Positions 1-12,149 of a stretch of DNA of 64,000 nucleotides are shown in pieces. The notes below the pieces were generated by a model. The model had not been told where the DNA came from. It saw only the letters and a list, made by a program, of their open reading frames with translations, and did not search any database. Source of the DNA: Eledone cirrhosa (taxonomy: Eukaryota). Positions within the stretch are counted from its first letter, which is position 1; each line of letters starts with the position of its first letter. The stretch is taken from the NCBI GenBank assembly GCA_964016885.1, contig OZ024743.1, positions 64,294,001 to 64,358,000 on the forward strand, given 5' to 3'. Position numbers and translations under genes: made by a program.

Positions 1-135
1 TCGAGTGTTACATCATTGCAGATAGCGATTTTAAGACGCATCCAATCACACACTAGCCAATGAAACATATGTTAATACTTGGAATAAACCCTACGGTATA
101 GCTTATCCGGGTTATTCTTCATTCTTTCATTATAC
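1..135 (+). mobile_element. PLE-like terminal remnant with the 3' half of a hammerhead motif
   Basis: GAA-ACATATGT-T-AATAC at ~62-78; the following tail resembles the minus-strand island at 428-610 and ends in microsatellite. Confidence 0.5.
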
Positions 136-145
136 ACACATACAT

Positions 146-210
<65 letters not shown>

Positions 211-214
<4 letters not shown>

Positions 215-413
215 AACGAGTAGGACCCCGACGGCTGAGCTCAAGCCGTTTCGACGGCTAATTCTGGACGATTTTAGTCCAGAATTAGCCGTCGAAACGG
301 CTTGAGCTCAGCCGTCGGGGTCCTACTCGTTCCTATTACCCACTCTACTACCCTAAGTATTGAGTACTTTGGGGCGTTATGGTCCACCTGGTTCCTTACC
401 ACATTTCCTTCGT

Positions 414-415
<2 letters not shown>
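211..415 (+). mobile_element. Fold-back element with hammerhead 3' half (family A, copy 1)
   Basis: Perfect 59-bp inverted arms 211-269/277-335 with a 7-nt loop. Each arm reads GAA-ACGGC..GCCGT-C-GGGGT outward. An ~80-bp unique tail follows; (TA)n on both sides. Confidence 0.75.
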
Positions 416-444
<29 letters not shown>

Positions 445-496
445 GTGAAAGATTGATGAATAACATGGTCGGCTGTACAAAAAGGTTTTATTTCTA

Positions 497-605
497 GTAT
501 TAACAATTGTTTCATTGATCAGGTGAGTCTAAAGGCCGCTAATCAATCGAAGTTGCGTCACTCGACCTTACCGAGTGTTTACCTCTGATCAAATCATCAA
601 ATTAT
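497..605 (-). ncRNA. Hammerhead-like motif, long stem II, weak stem I
   Basis: Minus strand: TTGATGA, TTGATCAG...CTGATCAA stem II, GAA-ACAATTGT-T. Lies inside inverted repeats 428-510/606-690. Confidence 0.55.
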
Positions 606-837
606 ATTAACAATTGTTAATACTAGAAATAAAACCTTTTTGTACAGCCGACCATGTTATTCTTCAATCTTTAACTATTACTACTCCAAGAATAACCTAC
701 ATAAGAATTCTCGCGAACTCGCTACCTAACGATGGAAACCTCTTGTTGAGTCAAACAAAGCCGTACGTTAAAACTACCCACAATACGGAGTACTCAACAA
801 CCTCTAACTGGATTACCTATAACGATAACTTGTTATC

Positions 838-884
<47 letters not shown>

Positions 885-885
<1 letters not shown>

Positions 886-1546
886 TAGCAGCAGTACCCA
901 GCGTTGCCTGGGTAGGTAAAATAATATCTGCTTTGATGAAAAGGTGTTGATCTTAGCGACTGCTTCTCGATGACTCATCTATGGCCACACACAGGCCATG
1001 CGGGGGGGGGGGGAGTGGTGATGACCTCTATCACTGATAAACGCGGGTGACTGACGAAGGGGCATGCTGGGGGAGGGAGGTAATGACCTCTAACACTAAG
1101 CCAAATTTCCTCACGCTACTTGACTGGAAACCGATGAATTCTCAAATACACAACTAAAAGCTCGGACGACGTCAGTGGCCATATTTTTGAATATTTAAGC
1201 GGCTGCCACGCTGTCCCTGAACCACAAATGCAAAATATAAAGCCATTACAGGATGTGCAATGATAAATTCTATTTTGCTTTAAAATTTGAACGAAATCGG
1301 TGGCAAAATGTGAGAGCTAGAGCCAAAAATATTATTTTTCGATACCTAAAAAAAGGTGACCCCCCCCCCCCCTCCCTATCGATTTTTATCTGCAGAATGA
1401 CCCCGGAATGAAAAAGAACGATATGCTGATATATAGAAAACACTCCCCGATGACTAATCTATGAGCCTGTAAAGTTTCATGAAAATCGGTCGTAAGGTAT
1501 ATGCCCCTATAGGTAATACACAGACACACACATACTTAATTTTAGA
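885..1546 (-). mobile_element. Non-autonomous Helitron-like element
   Basis: Minus-strand 3' end ACCCAGG-CAAC-GCTGGGT hairpin followed by CTAG|T; 5' A|TC at 1546; no TSD; same 3' signature as 19746 and 55881. Confidence 0.7.
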
Positions 1547-1574
1547 TATATACAGATATATATATATATATATA

Positions 1575-1775
1575 TAACGAAGGAAGTGTGGAAAGGAACC
1601 AGGTGGACCATAACGCACCAGAGTACTCGATACTTTTGGTAGTAGAGTGGGTAATAGGAAAAGAGTCAGGACCCCGATGGCTGAGCTCCGGCCGTTTCGA
1701 CATCTAGATCTGAACTCAGAACTAGCTGTCGAAACGGCCGGAGTTCAGCCGTCGGGGTCCTGACTCTTTTCCTAT
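1575..1775 (-). mobile_element. Fold-back element family A, copy 2
   Basis: Inverted arms ~1654-1775 plus a tail homologous to 336-415; lies in (TA)n. Confidence 0.75.
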
Positions 1776-1809
1776 ATATATATATATATATATATAGGAA
1801 AAGAGTCAG

Positions 1810-2002
<193 letters not shown>

Positions 2003-2684
2003 AATGTGCGTGTGTATGAGAGAGAGAGGGGGGGAGCACCAGACAAACAAAATAGTTGAAAGTAAAAGAAGTTATGACATTTCTCAAAATATATTTGAAA
2101 CGAAAAGAAAAAGAAAATATGTCGAGATGGGAAATTATTTAATAATAAAAAAAAGTGGTGGAATGAGGTAGAAACCGAAACGAAATACAGGACGAAACGA
2201 AATTCTGAAAGGCTTTCATGAAATAATGTCTGTGTATCTTTTCTTCCATATCAAACGGACACCAATGTAGTTGGTATGTTTATCATTTCAAAATATTCTA
2301 TTTTAACTCTTTTTCGGTAGATTTTTCTGAAGCGCTTCTGAAGATATCCTGTTTTTAAACAGCCTTTAAGGAAAAATTCATCCTGGAGAGAGAAAGTGAC
2401 AGAAGTTTTCATGTCCGCCTCTTTACCCTTTGATTATAAAACAGAACCTCAGATAGAATGCTTTGTGGTATTTGTTCATGTGCTCTGCTCTCTGAGTTCA
2501 AATCCCTCAACATTTCGAAGTCGATAAAAAATTACCAGTACAGTCCAGCACCGGAGTAGTTTTTTTCTCTGTGTCTTTTTCTTGCTTTCTCTCAAGCTCT
2601 CTTTCTCCCCCCCCCCCCTCCATCTCTCTCTCTCTCGAAACGGTTTAAGCTTAGCCGGCGGGCAAAAACTCCCTATAATTTGTG

Positions 2685-4298
2685 TATTGTTCCAATTACA
2701 GAGGAATTTTCTTGTTAAGCCTTCCCGGTAAAGTCTATGCTATGTGTCTGGAGATTGTCGAGTCCAAGCTAATTGATGTACAATGTGGTTTTTGCCCCGA
2801 ACGCAGCACTGTCGACAAATATTCACACTGTAGCTGGTCTTCGAGAAATCGTAGGAGTATTGCCAAGAAGTATATTCTTGTTTTGTAGATCCCGAAAAAG
2901 CATATGACCGCGTTCCTTGGGATCTGCTCTGAAAGGATCTGCAGGAGTATGGGGTCGATGGTCAGCTTCTTGCTACCCTGATGTCACTATACGAATGCCA
3001 GAGTATTTGTGTTCGGATAAATGGTGCTAAGTGGAAACCATTCAATGTGGGTGTCGGACTCTGCAAGGGTGCGTCCAGTCACTTCTCATGGTCATTATTT
3101 TCCTGAACAGGGATTGGTAAGGGCGGTGGATTGGCAGTATCGGTAGAGGGTCGGACGCCATGCTTTCCAGCATAGTTACGTCCCTTTACGATCTGAGTTC
3201 AAATCTCGCTGAGGTTGACTTTGCCTTTCATCCTTACGGGGTCGATAAAATAAAGTACCAGTAATGCACTGGGTAATTGCTGGCCTTGTGCCTAAAGTAG
3301 AAACAATTATTTTCCTGAACAGGATTGATATGCGCAGCCGGGTTGGAAGTGGCATCACGACTAGTAGGTCTAAAATCAGTCGGCTGGAATTTGCAGACGA
3401 CATGGTGTTACTTAACTCGACAGGAGGTGATCTCCGATATGCACTTGACAGGTTTGATGCCGAGTACTTCCTGGCTGGAATGGAAATCAGTGCTGTGAAA
3501 ACCGAGACACTAGTCTTCTCAAGGAAGCTTGAACAGTGCACTCTACATCTGAATGGAGTTCCATTGAAGCATGTGGAAAAGTTCAAAAGTCTCGGGGTTA
3601 TGTTCACGAGTGATTGAAGGCGGCAGGCTGAATTAAGTGCAAGAACTGCAGGAGCTGGTGTAGTAATGCGCCAGCTTTAGCATTCAGTAATTAGAAAAAG
3701 GGACGTAGGTGTAAAAGCCAAAGTCGCTATCTTCAACTTGGTATTCCTGCCAACCCTTACCTATTGTCATGAATCTTGGGTAATGACCGAAAGACTACTA
3801 ATGCGAATACAAGCGGCCGAAATGGAATTCCTCTAGAGGGTCTTTGGAGTAATGTTACTCGATAAAGTGCCTAGTTCGACGATCAGAGAGTTACCCCAGG
3901 TAGAGCCGCTACTTCTCCGAATTGAGAGATCACAGCTCTGATACTATTGACATTAGGTTAGAGTGTCTGAGAAAAAAACCGCCGGACAGATTTCACGAGC
4001 AAATCCAACCGACAGGAGACCCAGGGGTAGATTCCAAGCAAGATAGTTGGATAATATCCATGATTTGGCTGGTCACGCTTGGGGCTCCAGTCGGACCAAT
4101 TGGAGATGGTTGTTTCTGACAGGATCTACTGGAGGGAGTGTTTGGGGATTCTGCTACTACGACCCTCTCATGAATAAGTGGGCGAAGAAGAAGAAGAAGA
4201 AGAAGAAGAAGAAGAAGAAGAAGAAGAAGAAGAAGAAGAAGAAGAAGAAGAAGAAGAAGAAGAAGAAGAAGAAGAAGAAGAAGAAGAAGAAGAAGAAA
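2685..4298 (+). mobile_element. 5'-truncated, degraded RTE-clade LINE (RT region and 3' end) with (GAA)n tail
   Basis: Fragments NYRGIFLLSLPGKVY, QCGF, D-PEKAYDRV, LEFADDMVL, VEKFKSLG with stops and frameshifts; (GAA)n at 4183-4298. Confidence 0.85.
3119..3310 (+). mobile_element. tRNA-derived SINE (family S1) inserted into the RTE
   Basis: A-box-like TGGCAGTATCGGT, B-box GAGTTCAAATC, body GCCTTTCATCCTTACGGGGTCGATAAAA. TSD ATTATTTTCCTGAACAGG(G)ATTG at ~3094-3116 and ~3306-3327. Confidence 0.9.
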
Positions 4299-4562
4299 TA
4301 ATATATATGTATATATATATATATAAAATTAAAGAGTGGTGTGTACGGATATGCTATAAAATAGAGTGAAGACCCTTGACTGGCTATGTGTTGTGAAGGA
4401 GGTTCGATTCCTTGTAACGGCCAATGTAACTTCTTTTTCCATCTTTAAAGGTCTTTACTCTATGTTATAGCCAATTCATGCATGAGCACACCGCTCTCTA
4501 TATTAACTTTACTCCCTCAGCGTTTTGTAAAAGTCCGAGAGATCGGCTACGTATACACGATG

Positions 4563-4620
<58 letters not shown>

Positions 4621-4623
<3 letters not shown>

Positions 4624-5383
4624 GAAACACACAGATACATGCGGACATACACATATATATGAATATATCCACATCCATCCTTGAGTTAATGGTGCCAACC
4701 TTAACCGATGTTGCTCTATGAATAACTGGGACAGACCAATCCGGTTGGATTAGACTGAACCAGTATCAGAGCTAAAAGTACATTATGAAGAGAGAAGAAA
4801 CATTTAGATATAATTAGTAATAAAATGTATCATACCTAAACTGCTTCTAGATTCCTCGACTACGTAGTTTCGTGGCATAAACAAAAACAATACATCATAA
4901 AGATATAGAGCTTTTGCGAGGTCTGCCGACTTATCAAGAGGATACCTCGTTTTACTAGCTTCAAGAACGCGTCTATATGATGTGAGAAAGAATCCCAAAA
5001 GGCGGAGGGGGAGATAGTCACGTGATACAACGGTCAAGAAACAGAGCTAAGCCTCTTATAACCCCGAAAAAAATACCACGGAGGCGGAGGGGGTATTTAT
5101 ATCGAAGCCGTAGAAGAGGTGGTGAAGGAGACGAGAAGTATGAGTAATGGCAGCTTTCCAGCAGTCACCACACTTCAAAGATTACTCGACCAGAGGGAGT
5201 TATGAACAATATATTTAGAAACACACAGATACATGCGGACACACACATATACATGAATATATCCACATCCATCGTTGAGTTAATGGTGCCAACCTTAACC
5301 GATGTTGCTCTATGAATAACTGGGACAGACCAATCCGGTTGGATTAGACTGAATCAGTATCAGAGCTAAAAGTACATTATGAA
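4621..5383. repeat. ~760-bp unit bounded by ~169-bp direct repeats (pLTR/LTR-like)
   Basis: 4621-4789 is nearly identical to 5215-5383; (TA)n flanks; no recognisable coding domain between them. Confidence 0.7.
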
Positions 5384-5392
5384 TCCATTCTG

Positions 5393-5454
<62 letters not shown>

Positions 5455-5612
5455 AGAATGGATTCAGTTTGAAACTGGTTTGACCATTACTCCATAGAGT
5501 ACTCGATACTTGGGGTAGTAGAGTATGGTTATATTATAAAAAGTCGGGACTCGACGGCTGAGCTATTGTCGTTTCAACAGCTAGTTCCAGCGTCTCTATA
5601 ACACACACACAT

Positions 5613-5674
<62 letters not shown>

Positions 5675-5923
5675 GAAAGGTATAGAAAACACTGCAGCGA
5701 AAAGCGAACAGCATTCCATAGTATATAAGTGACTATAGCGTCAAAATGGGAAAAATAGTTAACGTAAGATGTGGGAAAAATAATTTAAACTCATCCTAAA
5801 GAGAATCAGGATATAAATTCATCCACAGAATTTAGTGAAATCCAGGGAAAAATCAATAGAGCCTTAACTCATGATAAAATAAAGTTCAAGATACCTATCC
5901 TTCAATTTGGAAAAACTTCAAAT

Positions 5924-6001
5924 GCTCTGTATAGTCGTAAGACTATTTCATGAAAACTTTCATCGGAGATGGTCACGGTTGTAATTCATCATCAGCAGAG
6001 C
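5924..6001 (-). ncRNA. Type I hammerhead ribozyme motif, canonical core
   Basis: GCTCTG-CTGATGA-TGAA...TTCAT-GAA-ATAGTC(TTAC)GACTAT-A-CAGAGC: 6-bp stem I, 6-bp stem III, AUA triplet. Confidence 0.85.
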
Positions 6002-6087
6002 TCAACTCGATAACCAGGATTCTCGCAGATTAATATGCCAAAAAGGGGATTCTAAAGCTATATATATATTAAATTCTAAGTGTTAAC

Positions 6088-6126
6088 TGAACAAGTACTT
6101 TCATGCTTTCGCAATCTTCAGGTTCA
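6088..6126 (-). ncRNA. Minimal hammerhead motif (left arm of palindrome)
   Basis: Exact reverse complement of 6190-6228. Confidence 0.8.
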
Positions 6127-6189
6127 TAATATGTGGTGACAGTCAAGTTTGCAATTGAAAATTGCAAACTTGACTGTCACCACATATTA

Positions 6190-6228
6190 TGAACCTGAAG
6201 ATTGCGAAAGCATGAAAGTACTTGTTCA
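6190..6228 (+). ncRNA. Minimal hammerhead motif (right arm of palindrome)
   Basis: TGAAC-CTGAAGA-T-TGC(GAAA)GCA-T-GAA-AGTACT-T-GTTCA; palindromic stem III. Confidence 0.8.
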
Positions 6229-7209
6229 GTTAACACTTAGAATTTAAAATTCTATCATACTATTTCATTATAATACCATTATAAATTTTAAAGGATTGTA
6301 AATAAAACGAGTAAATCAGACAAAGTTGGAATTCCTCTTATTAATATAATCTTCTATACACAATCATACACACCCGTGTATATTTATCTATCTCTCTCTC
6401 TATATATATATAGTAGGTAGAAAATCCAAGGTATAGAGCAACTCAAGTCCGTAGAACGAGTTTGAATATCCTGGCTCTTCTTCTCTTCTCTCCTTGCTCT
6501 CCATACCTCCTTGCTCTCATTTTCTCCTTGCTCTTCTCTTCATCTTACTCCCATTAATAAGGTCAGTTATTACAAAGTTGCTGCAACGAAGAGAATGGGT
6601 TTATTATCATCGGCACTGGTTAAACAAGTTGGTTCCCATGACCAACGAAACGTATGTACCTGGTATGACATCGTTGAAGTAACTGGCGTTTAAAACTTTC
6701 GCGTATATGTTTATTGTACATAAACGAAACGTATAAATCTTCATATGACAGAGATTTGACTGTTATTTCTAGTCGCCCGGTCGATCACATGCGGGTTGGT
6801 TCTTCAATTGGTTGGTATTCAAGTACTTTTGGGTCACGAACAATCGTCCCAACCCCGCTTATTAAATTTTCAGATCGCCACCCCCAATTTTGATAATCAA
6901 TCTCCGGCGAAATTTTATTTTAAGTAATAGCATTCCGGCGACAATTAATTTTCTTTAGGCATCAAAAAACATTAAACATGTCAAAAGTACATTACTAGAA
7001 ATCCTATATGTTATAAAATAAATAGGATGAGTTGGAGTCTCAATATGCAAACTAAACAACTAATTCTGGTTTTTTTTTTAAATCAACGGAGACAACCTAG
7101 AAAAATTACCGATTTTCCAACTTCACACCCCACTAATTCTACGCACCCACCCTACTTGTTCCAACTACCCTGCTTATCCCCCCACCCCATTATTTGCGAC
7201 CCGAATAAT

Positions 7210-8280
7210 ACCACTACCACCACTACCACAGTCACTGCCACTATCGTAGCCATCACCACCACCACCATACACCACCCCAAACTCCGCCAACACTCACCAC
7301 CTCCATCACTACCACCTTCACCTCTACCACCACCACCACAACTGCCAACACCACCATCATCACCTCCACACTCACCGCCGCCATCACTACCATCACCACC
7401 TCCACAACCACAACCACCAACACCACCATCATCACCATCAGCACCATCACCACCACCATCGCCACCACCACAACCGCCAACACCACCATCATGACCTCCA
7501 CACTCACCGCCACCATCATGACCTCCACACTCACCGCCACCATCACTACCACCACCACCTCCACAACCACCAACACCACCATCATCACCACGACCACCAC
7601 CAACGTCACTATCACCATTGCCACCAATATCATCGCCACTACCATCACCACTACCGCCAGCATCACCAGCAACATCACCATCGTCACCACAACCAGCATC
7701 ATCATAATCACCACACTCACCCCCTCTGCCACCACTACTGCCATTATCGCCGCTACCACCACCACCGCCATCACTATCAGTATCACCCCCGTCACCACAA
7801 CCAACTCAACCGCCATCGTCATCCTCCCCACCGTCACTCCACCACCACCACCATCTCCACCATCACCACCACCACCACCACCACCACCACCACCACCACC
7901 GCCATCACTATCAGTAACACCCCCGTCACCACAACCAACTCAACCGCCATCGTCATCCTCCCCACCGTCACTCCACCACCACCACCATCTCCACCATCAC
8001 CACCACCACCACCACCACCACCACCACCACCGCCATCACTATCAGTAACACCCCCGTCACCACAACCAACTCAACCGCCATCGTCATCCTCCCCACCGTC
8101 ACTCCACCACCACCACCATCACCTCCACCACCACCACCATCATCACTATCAGTATCACCCCCGTCACCACAACCAACTCAACCACCACCATCATCCTCTC
8201 CTACCACTATCTCCTCACCACATACCATCACCCCACCCCGCCATGACCACCACCAGGAAGCCCCCTCACCACCATCGCTG
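7210..8280. repeat. (CAC/CAT)n low-complexity tract with internal ~130-bp duplications
   Basis: CAC-rich trinucleotide sequence; the block CCATCACTATCAGTA(A/T)CACCCCCGTCACCACAACCAACTCAACC recurs four times in 7767-8185. Confidence 0.85.
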
Positions 8281-8365
8281 GTGGTATGAGATAACTCGGC
8301 CTGCCCTGGGACCGACCAATTGGTGCTTCCTCCCTATCCATCATAAAACCAAAAAAAAACACAAG

Positions 8366-9160
<795 letters not shown>

Positions 9161-9181
9161 ACATATACATATACATATATA

Positions 9182-9235
<54 letters not shown>

Positions 9236-9238
<3 letters not shown>

Positions 9239-9450
9239 GGCGTGTGGCTGAGTGGTTAGAGAATTGGATTCGCAATCGTAAGGTTGTGAGTTCGATTCCT
9301 GGACCAGGCGATGCGTTATGTCCTTGAGCAAGACACTTTATTTCACGTTGCTCCTTCTACCTGGAGTTGCGACCGATAGATAGTATTAGCAATTGGAAAG
9401 ACCAACGGAAACATTGTTCCCTCGGTCCGATTTGACGAAAGTCGATCGTT
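9236..9450 (+). mobile_element. tRNA-derived SINE (family S2) with structured 3' segment
   Basis: TGGCTGAGTGGTTAGAG A-box, GAGTTCGATTCC B-box, GTCCTTGAGCAAGACACTT body; near-identical minus copy at 14155-14343. Confidence 0.8.
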
Positions 9451-9455
9451 AAAAA

Positions 9456-9574
<119 letters not shown>

Positions 9575-10108
9575 CTCATTAACCCCCTTCCCACCCCCGT
9601 CATTTTGGAAGTTAACCTCAACACCACCCGCCCTCTCCCACCCCCTCACGACCCCCCTCCCTCTCTTTCCCTCATGTGCCCTCCCCCGCCCCCTCTCTGA
9701 ATTAACTTCTCACCTCCCACGATGCTATTGTCTTTTACTACCAAAACATTTTTTTCTTCTTTCTCTCCGCTGTTGTGTGTGTAACTGTGTGTCTATGTGT
9801 GTGTGTGTTGTGTGTGTTGCATGTGTGTGTCTGTTGTGTGTATATGTGAAGTATGTGTGTGTTGTTTATGCTTGTGTGTGTGTGTGTGTGTGTGTGTGCA
9901 TGTGTGTTGTGTGTGTATATAATAGTCGCCACAATGCTGATAACTATAATAATAGTTGAATAAATCCTAATGTGTGTGTTTGTATGTCTGTTGTGATGTA
10001 TGTGTTGTCTGTTGTGTGTGTATGTGTGTGTGATGCATGTGTGTGTTGCGTGTGTATATATATATATATGTGTGTGTGACTGTTGTGATGTATGTGTTGT
10101 GAGTTGTT

Positions 10109-10151
<43 letters not shown>

Positions 10152-10294
10152 CAGAGAGTGAAAGTGAGAGGATAAGAGAGTGAGTGTCTGTGTATTTCAG
10201 CGAGAGGGAAGAGGTGGGTGGGGGGGGGGGGGGGTATTTAGTGGCCATTTGATGAGGGATTGAACAGGTAGTTATCTATAGACTCGTTCACTGA

Positions 10295-10645
10295 GTGAGA
10301 GAGAGAGAGAGTGAGAGTGTGTGTATGAGAGAGACTGTGTGTGTGTGTGTGTGTGTATGATAGAGAGGGAGAGTGTGTGTGTTTGTGTGTATGAGGGAGA
10401 GAGTGTGTGTGTGTGTGTGACAGAGAGAGAGAGTGTGTGTGTGTTTGTGTATGAGAGAGAGAGACTGTGTGTGTGTTTGTGTATGATAGAGAGAGAGTGT
10501 GTGTTTGTGCGTAAGAGAGAGACAGAGAGTGTGTGTGTGTGTATGACAGAGAGAGAGAGAGTGTGTGTGTTTGTGTATGAGAGAGAGAGTGTGTGTGTGT
10601 ATGACAGAGAGAGTGTGTGTGTGTGTGTTTGTGTATGAGAGAGAG

Positions 10646-10700
<55 letters not shown>

Positions 10701-10737
10701 CAGAGAGAGAGAGTGTGTGTTTGTGTATAAGAGAGAG

Positions 10738-10777
<40 letters not shown>

Positions 10778-10838
10778 ACAGAGGGAGAGTATGCGTGTGT
10801 TTGTGTGTATGGGAGAGAGAGTGTGTGAGAGAGAGGAA

Positions 10839-10906
<68 letters not shown>

Positions 10907-10945
10907 CAGACTGACTGAGCGACAGACAGACAGACTGAGAGACAG
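10295..10945. repeat. Compound (TG)n/(AG)n minisatellite
   Basis: Alternating GTGT..GTATGA..GAGA blocks of ~30-40 bp. Confidence 0.85.
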
Positions 10946-11431
10946 TCAAAGCAGAAAGAGAAGTTTTTGATAAGATTACACTTGTCAAACAAGTACAACT
11001 CTGAAACATAATCAATTATCATAGCAAAATTTATGTCTTTATTACACTTTCACCAACATAGTCGCCATGTTGTCGTCTGCTTTTATTTTTTGGGTTACAT
11101 TTCGTGTTGTTGTTGTTTTTGCTGTTGATGTCATTGATATTGTTATTGTTGTTATTGATACTGTCGTCGTTGTTGTTGTTGACGTTGCTGATGTTGCTGC
11201 TGGTGTTGCTGTTGTTGATGCTGTTTTTGCTGACGTTGATGTTGTTATTGGTGTTATTGATACTGTCGTTATTGTTGTTGACATTGCAGTTGTTGCTGTT
11301 TTAGCTGTTATAGTTATTTTGTTGTTGTTGTTGTTGTTATTGATACTATTGTTGTTTTTGCTGTTGACGTTGCTGTTGTTATTGTTGTTGCTGACTTGCT
11401 GATGTTATTCTTGTTGGTGAGATGTGAGATG

Positions 11432-11635
11432 TGAGAAAAACCACAAACCCTCCATCTCAACTCTACTTTTAAAAAGCAGAAGAACTGCGAAACCGGTAAA
11501 GGAACCAAATAAATATATTTTTTTTTTAAAAAGACTCCACTTGCATTTTCGATTTCATCTTTTTTCCTTATACTTTCACTCGTGTAGGACACCTCGTTTT
11601 TTTTTCATTTTGTAAAAAAACATCGCTTTTTAATA
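11432..11635 (+). mobile_element. PLE-like terminal remnant with mutated hammerhead (11465-11502)
   Basis: Homologous to 33064-33270; core reads TTAAAAA here versus TTGAAAA there; GCAG/CTGC stem II and GAA-ACCGGT-A-AAGG are retained. Confidence 0.65.
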
Positions 11636-11821
11636 TATATATATATATATATACACATATACGTGCATTTATTATCTTGTTAGTGGTTGTGTCCTTCAGT
11701 AAAATACTATATTGCACGTTGCTTCTCCTGTCAGAAGTTGCACCCGGCAGATAGTTGCACCAGCAATGGAACATTGATCGGATCTGACACTCAGCTTCTT
11801 TCCTATTTTTATTATCTTAAA

Positions 11822-12030
11822 GGGCAATGAATAGGCAATATCGGTAGAGCGCCAGACACCATACTTTGCAGCGTAGAGTTACGGCTCTTTACGTTCTGAG
11901 TTCAAATCCCCCAAGGTTAGCTTTGCATTTCCTCCTTACGGGGTCAATAAAATAAAGTACTAATTTAATCGATTTTCCCCCCTCCACAAACATCATTGGC
12001 TTTGTGCCTAAATGAGAAACCATTATTTTA
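11822..12030 (+). mobile_element. SINE family S1, diverged copy
   Basis: GAGTTCAAATCC and CCTTACGGGGTCAATAAAATAAAGTAC match 3119-3310. Confidence 0.8.
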
Positions 12031-12149
12031 CATTGACTCAATGTTGGGACTTTTTTACTCGGATTTGATAATACACACACGCAGGTATAAACACACGCAC
12101 ACGAATACACAAGTACACATATTCCTGTGAGATAAGCACTCTGCATAGA

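Noticed and set aside
4995-5100. Twister ribozyme suggested by GCGGAGGG and CTAAGCC
   Set aside because: The required UAA cleavage strand and P2/P4 pairings were not found.
9236-9310. Functional tRNA gene
   Set aside because: It has tRNA-like boxes but runs into a SINE body that is repeated elsewhere in the window.
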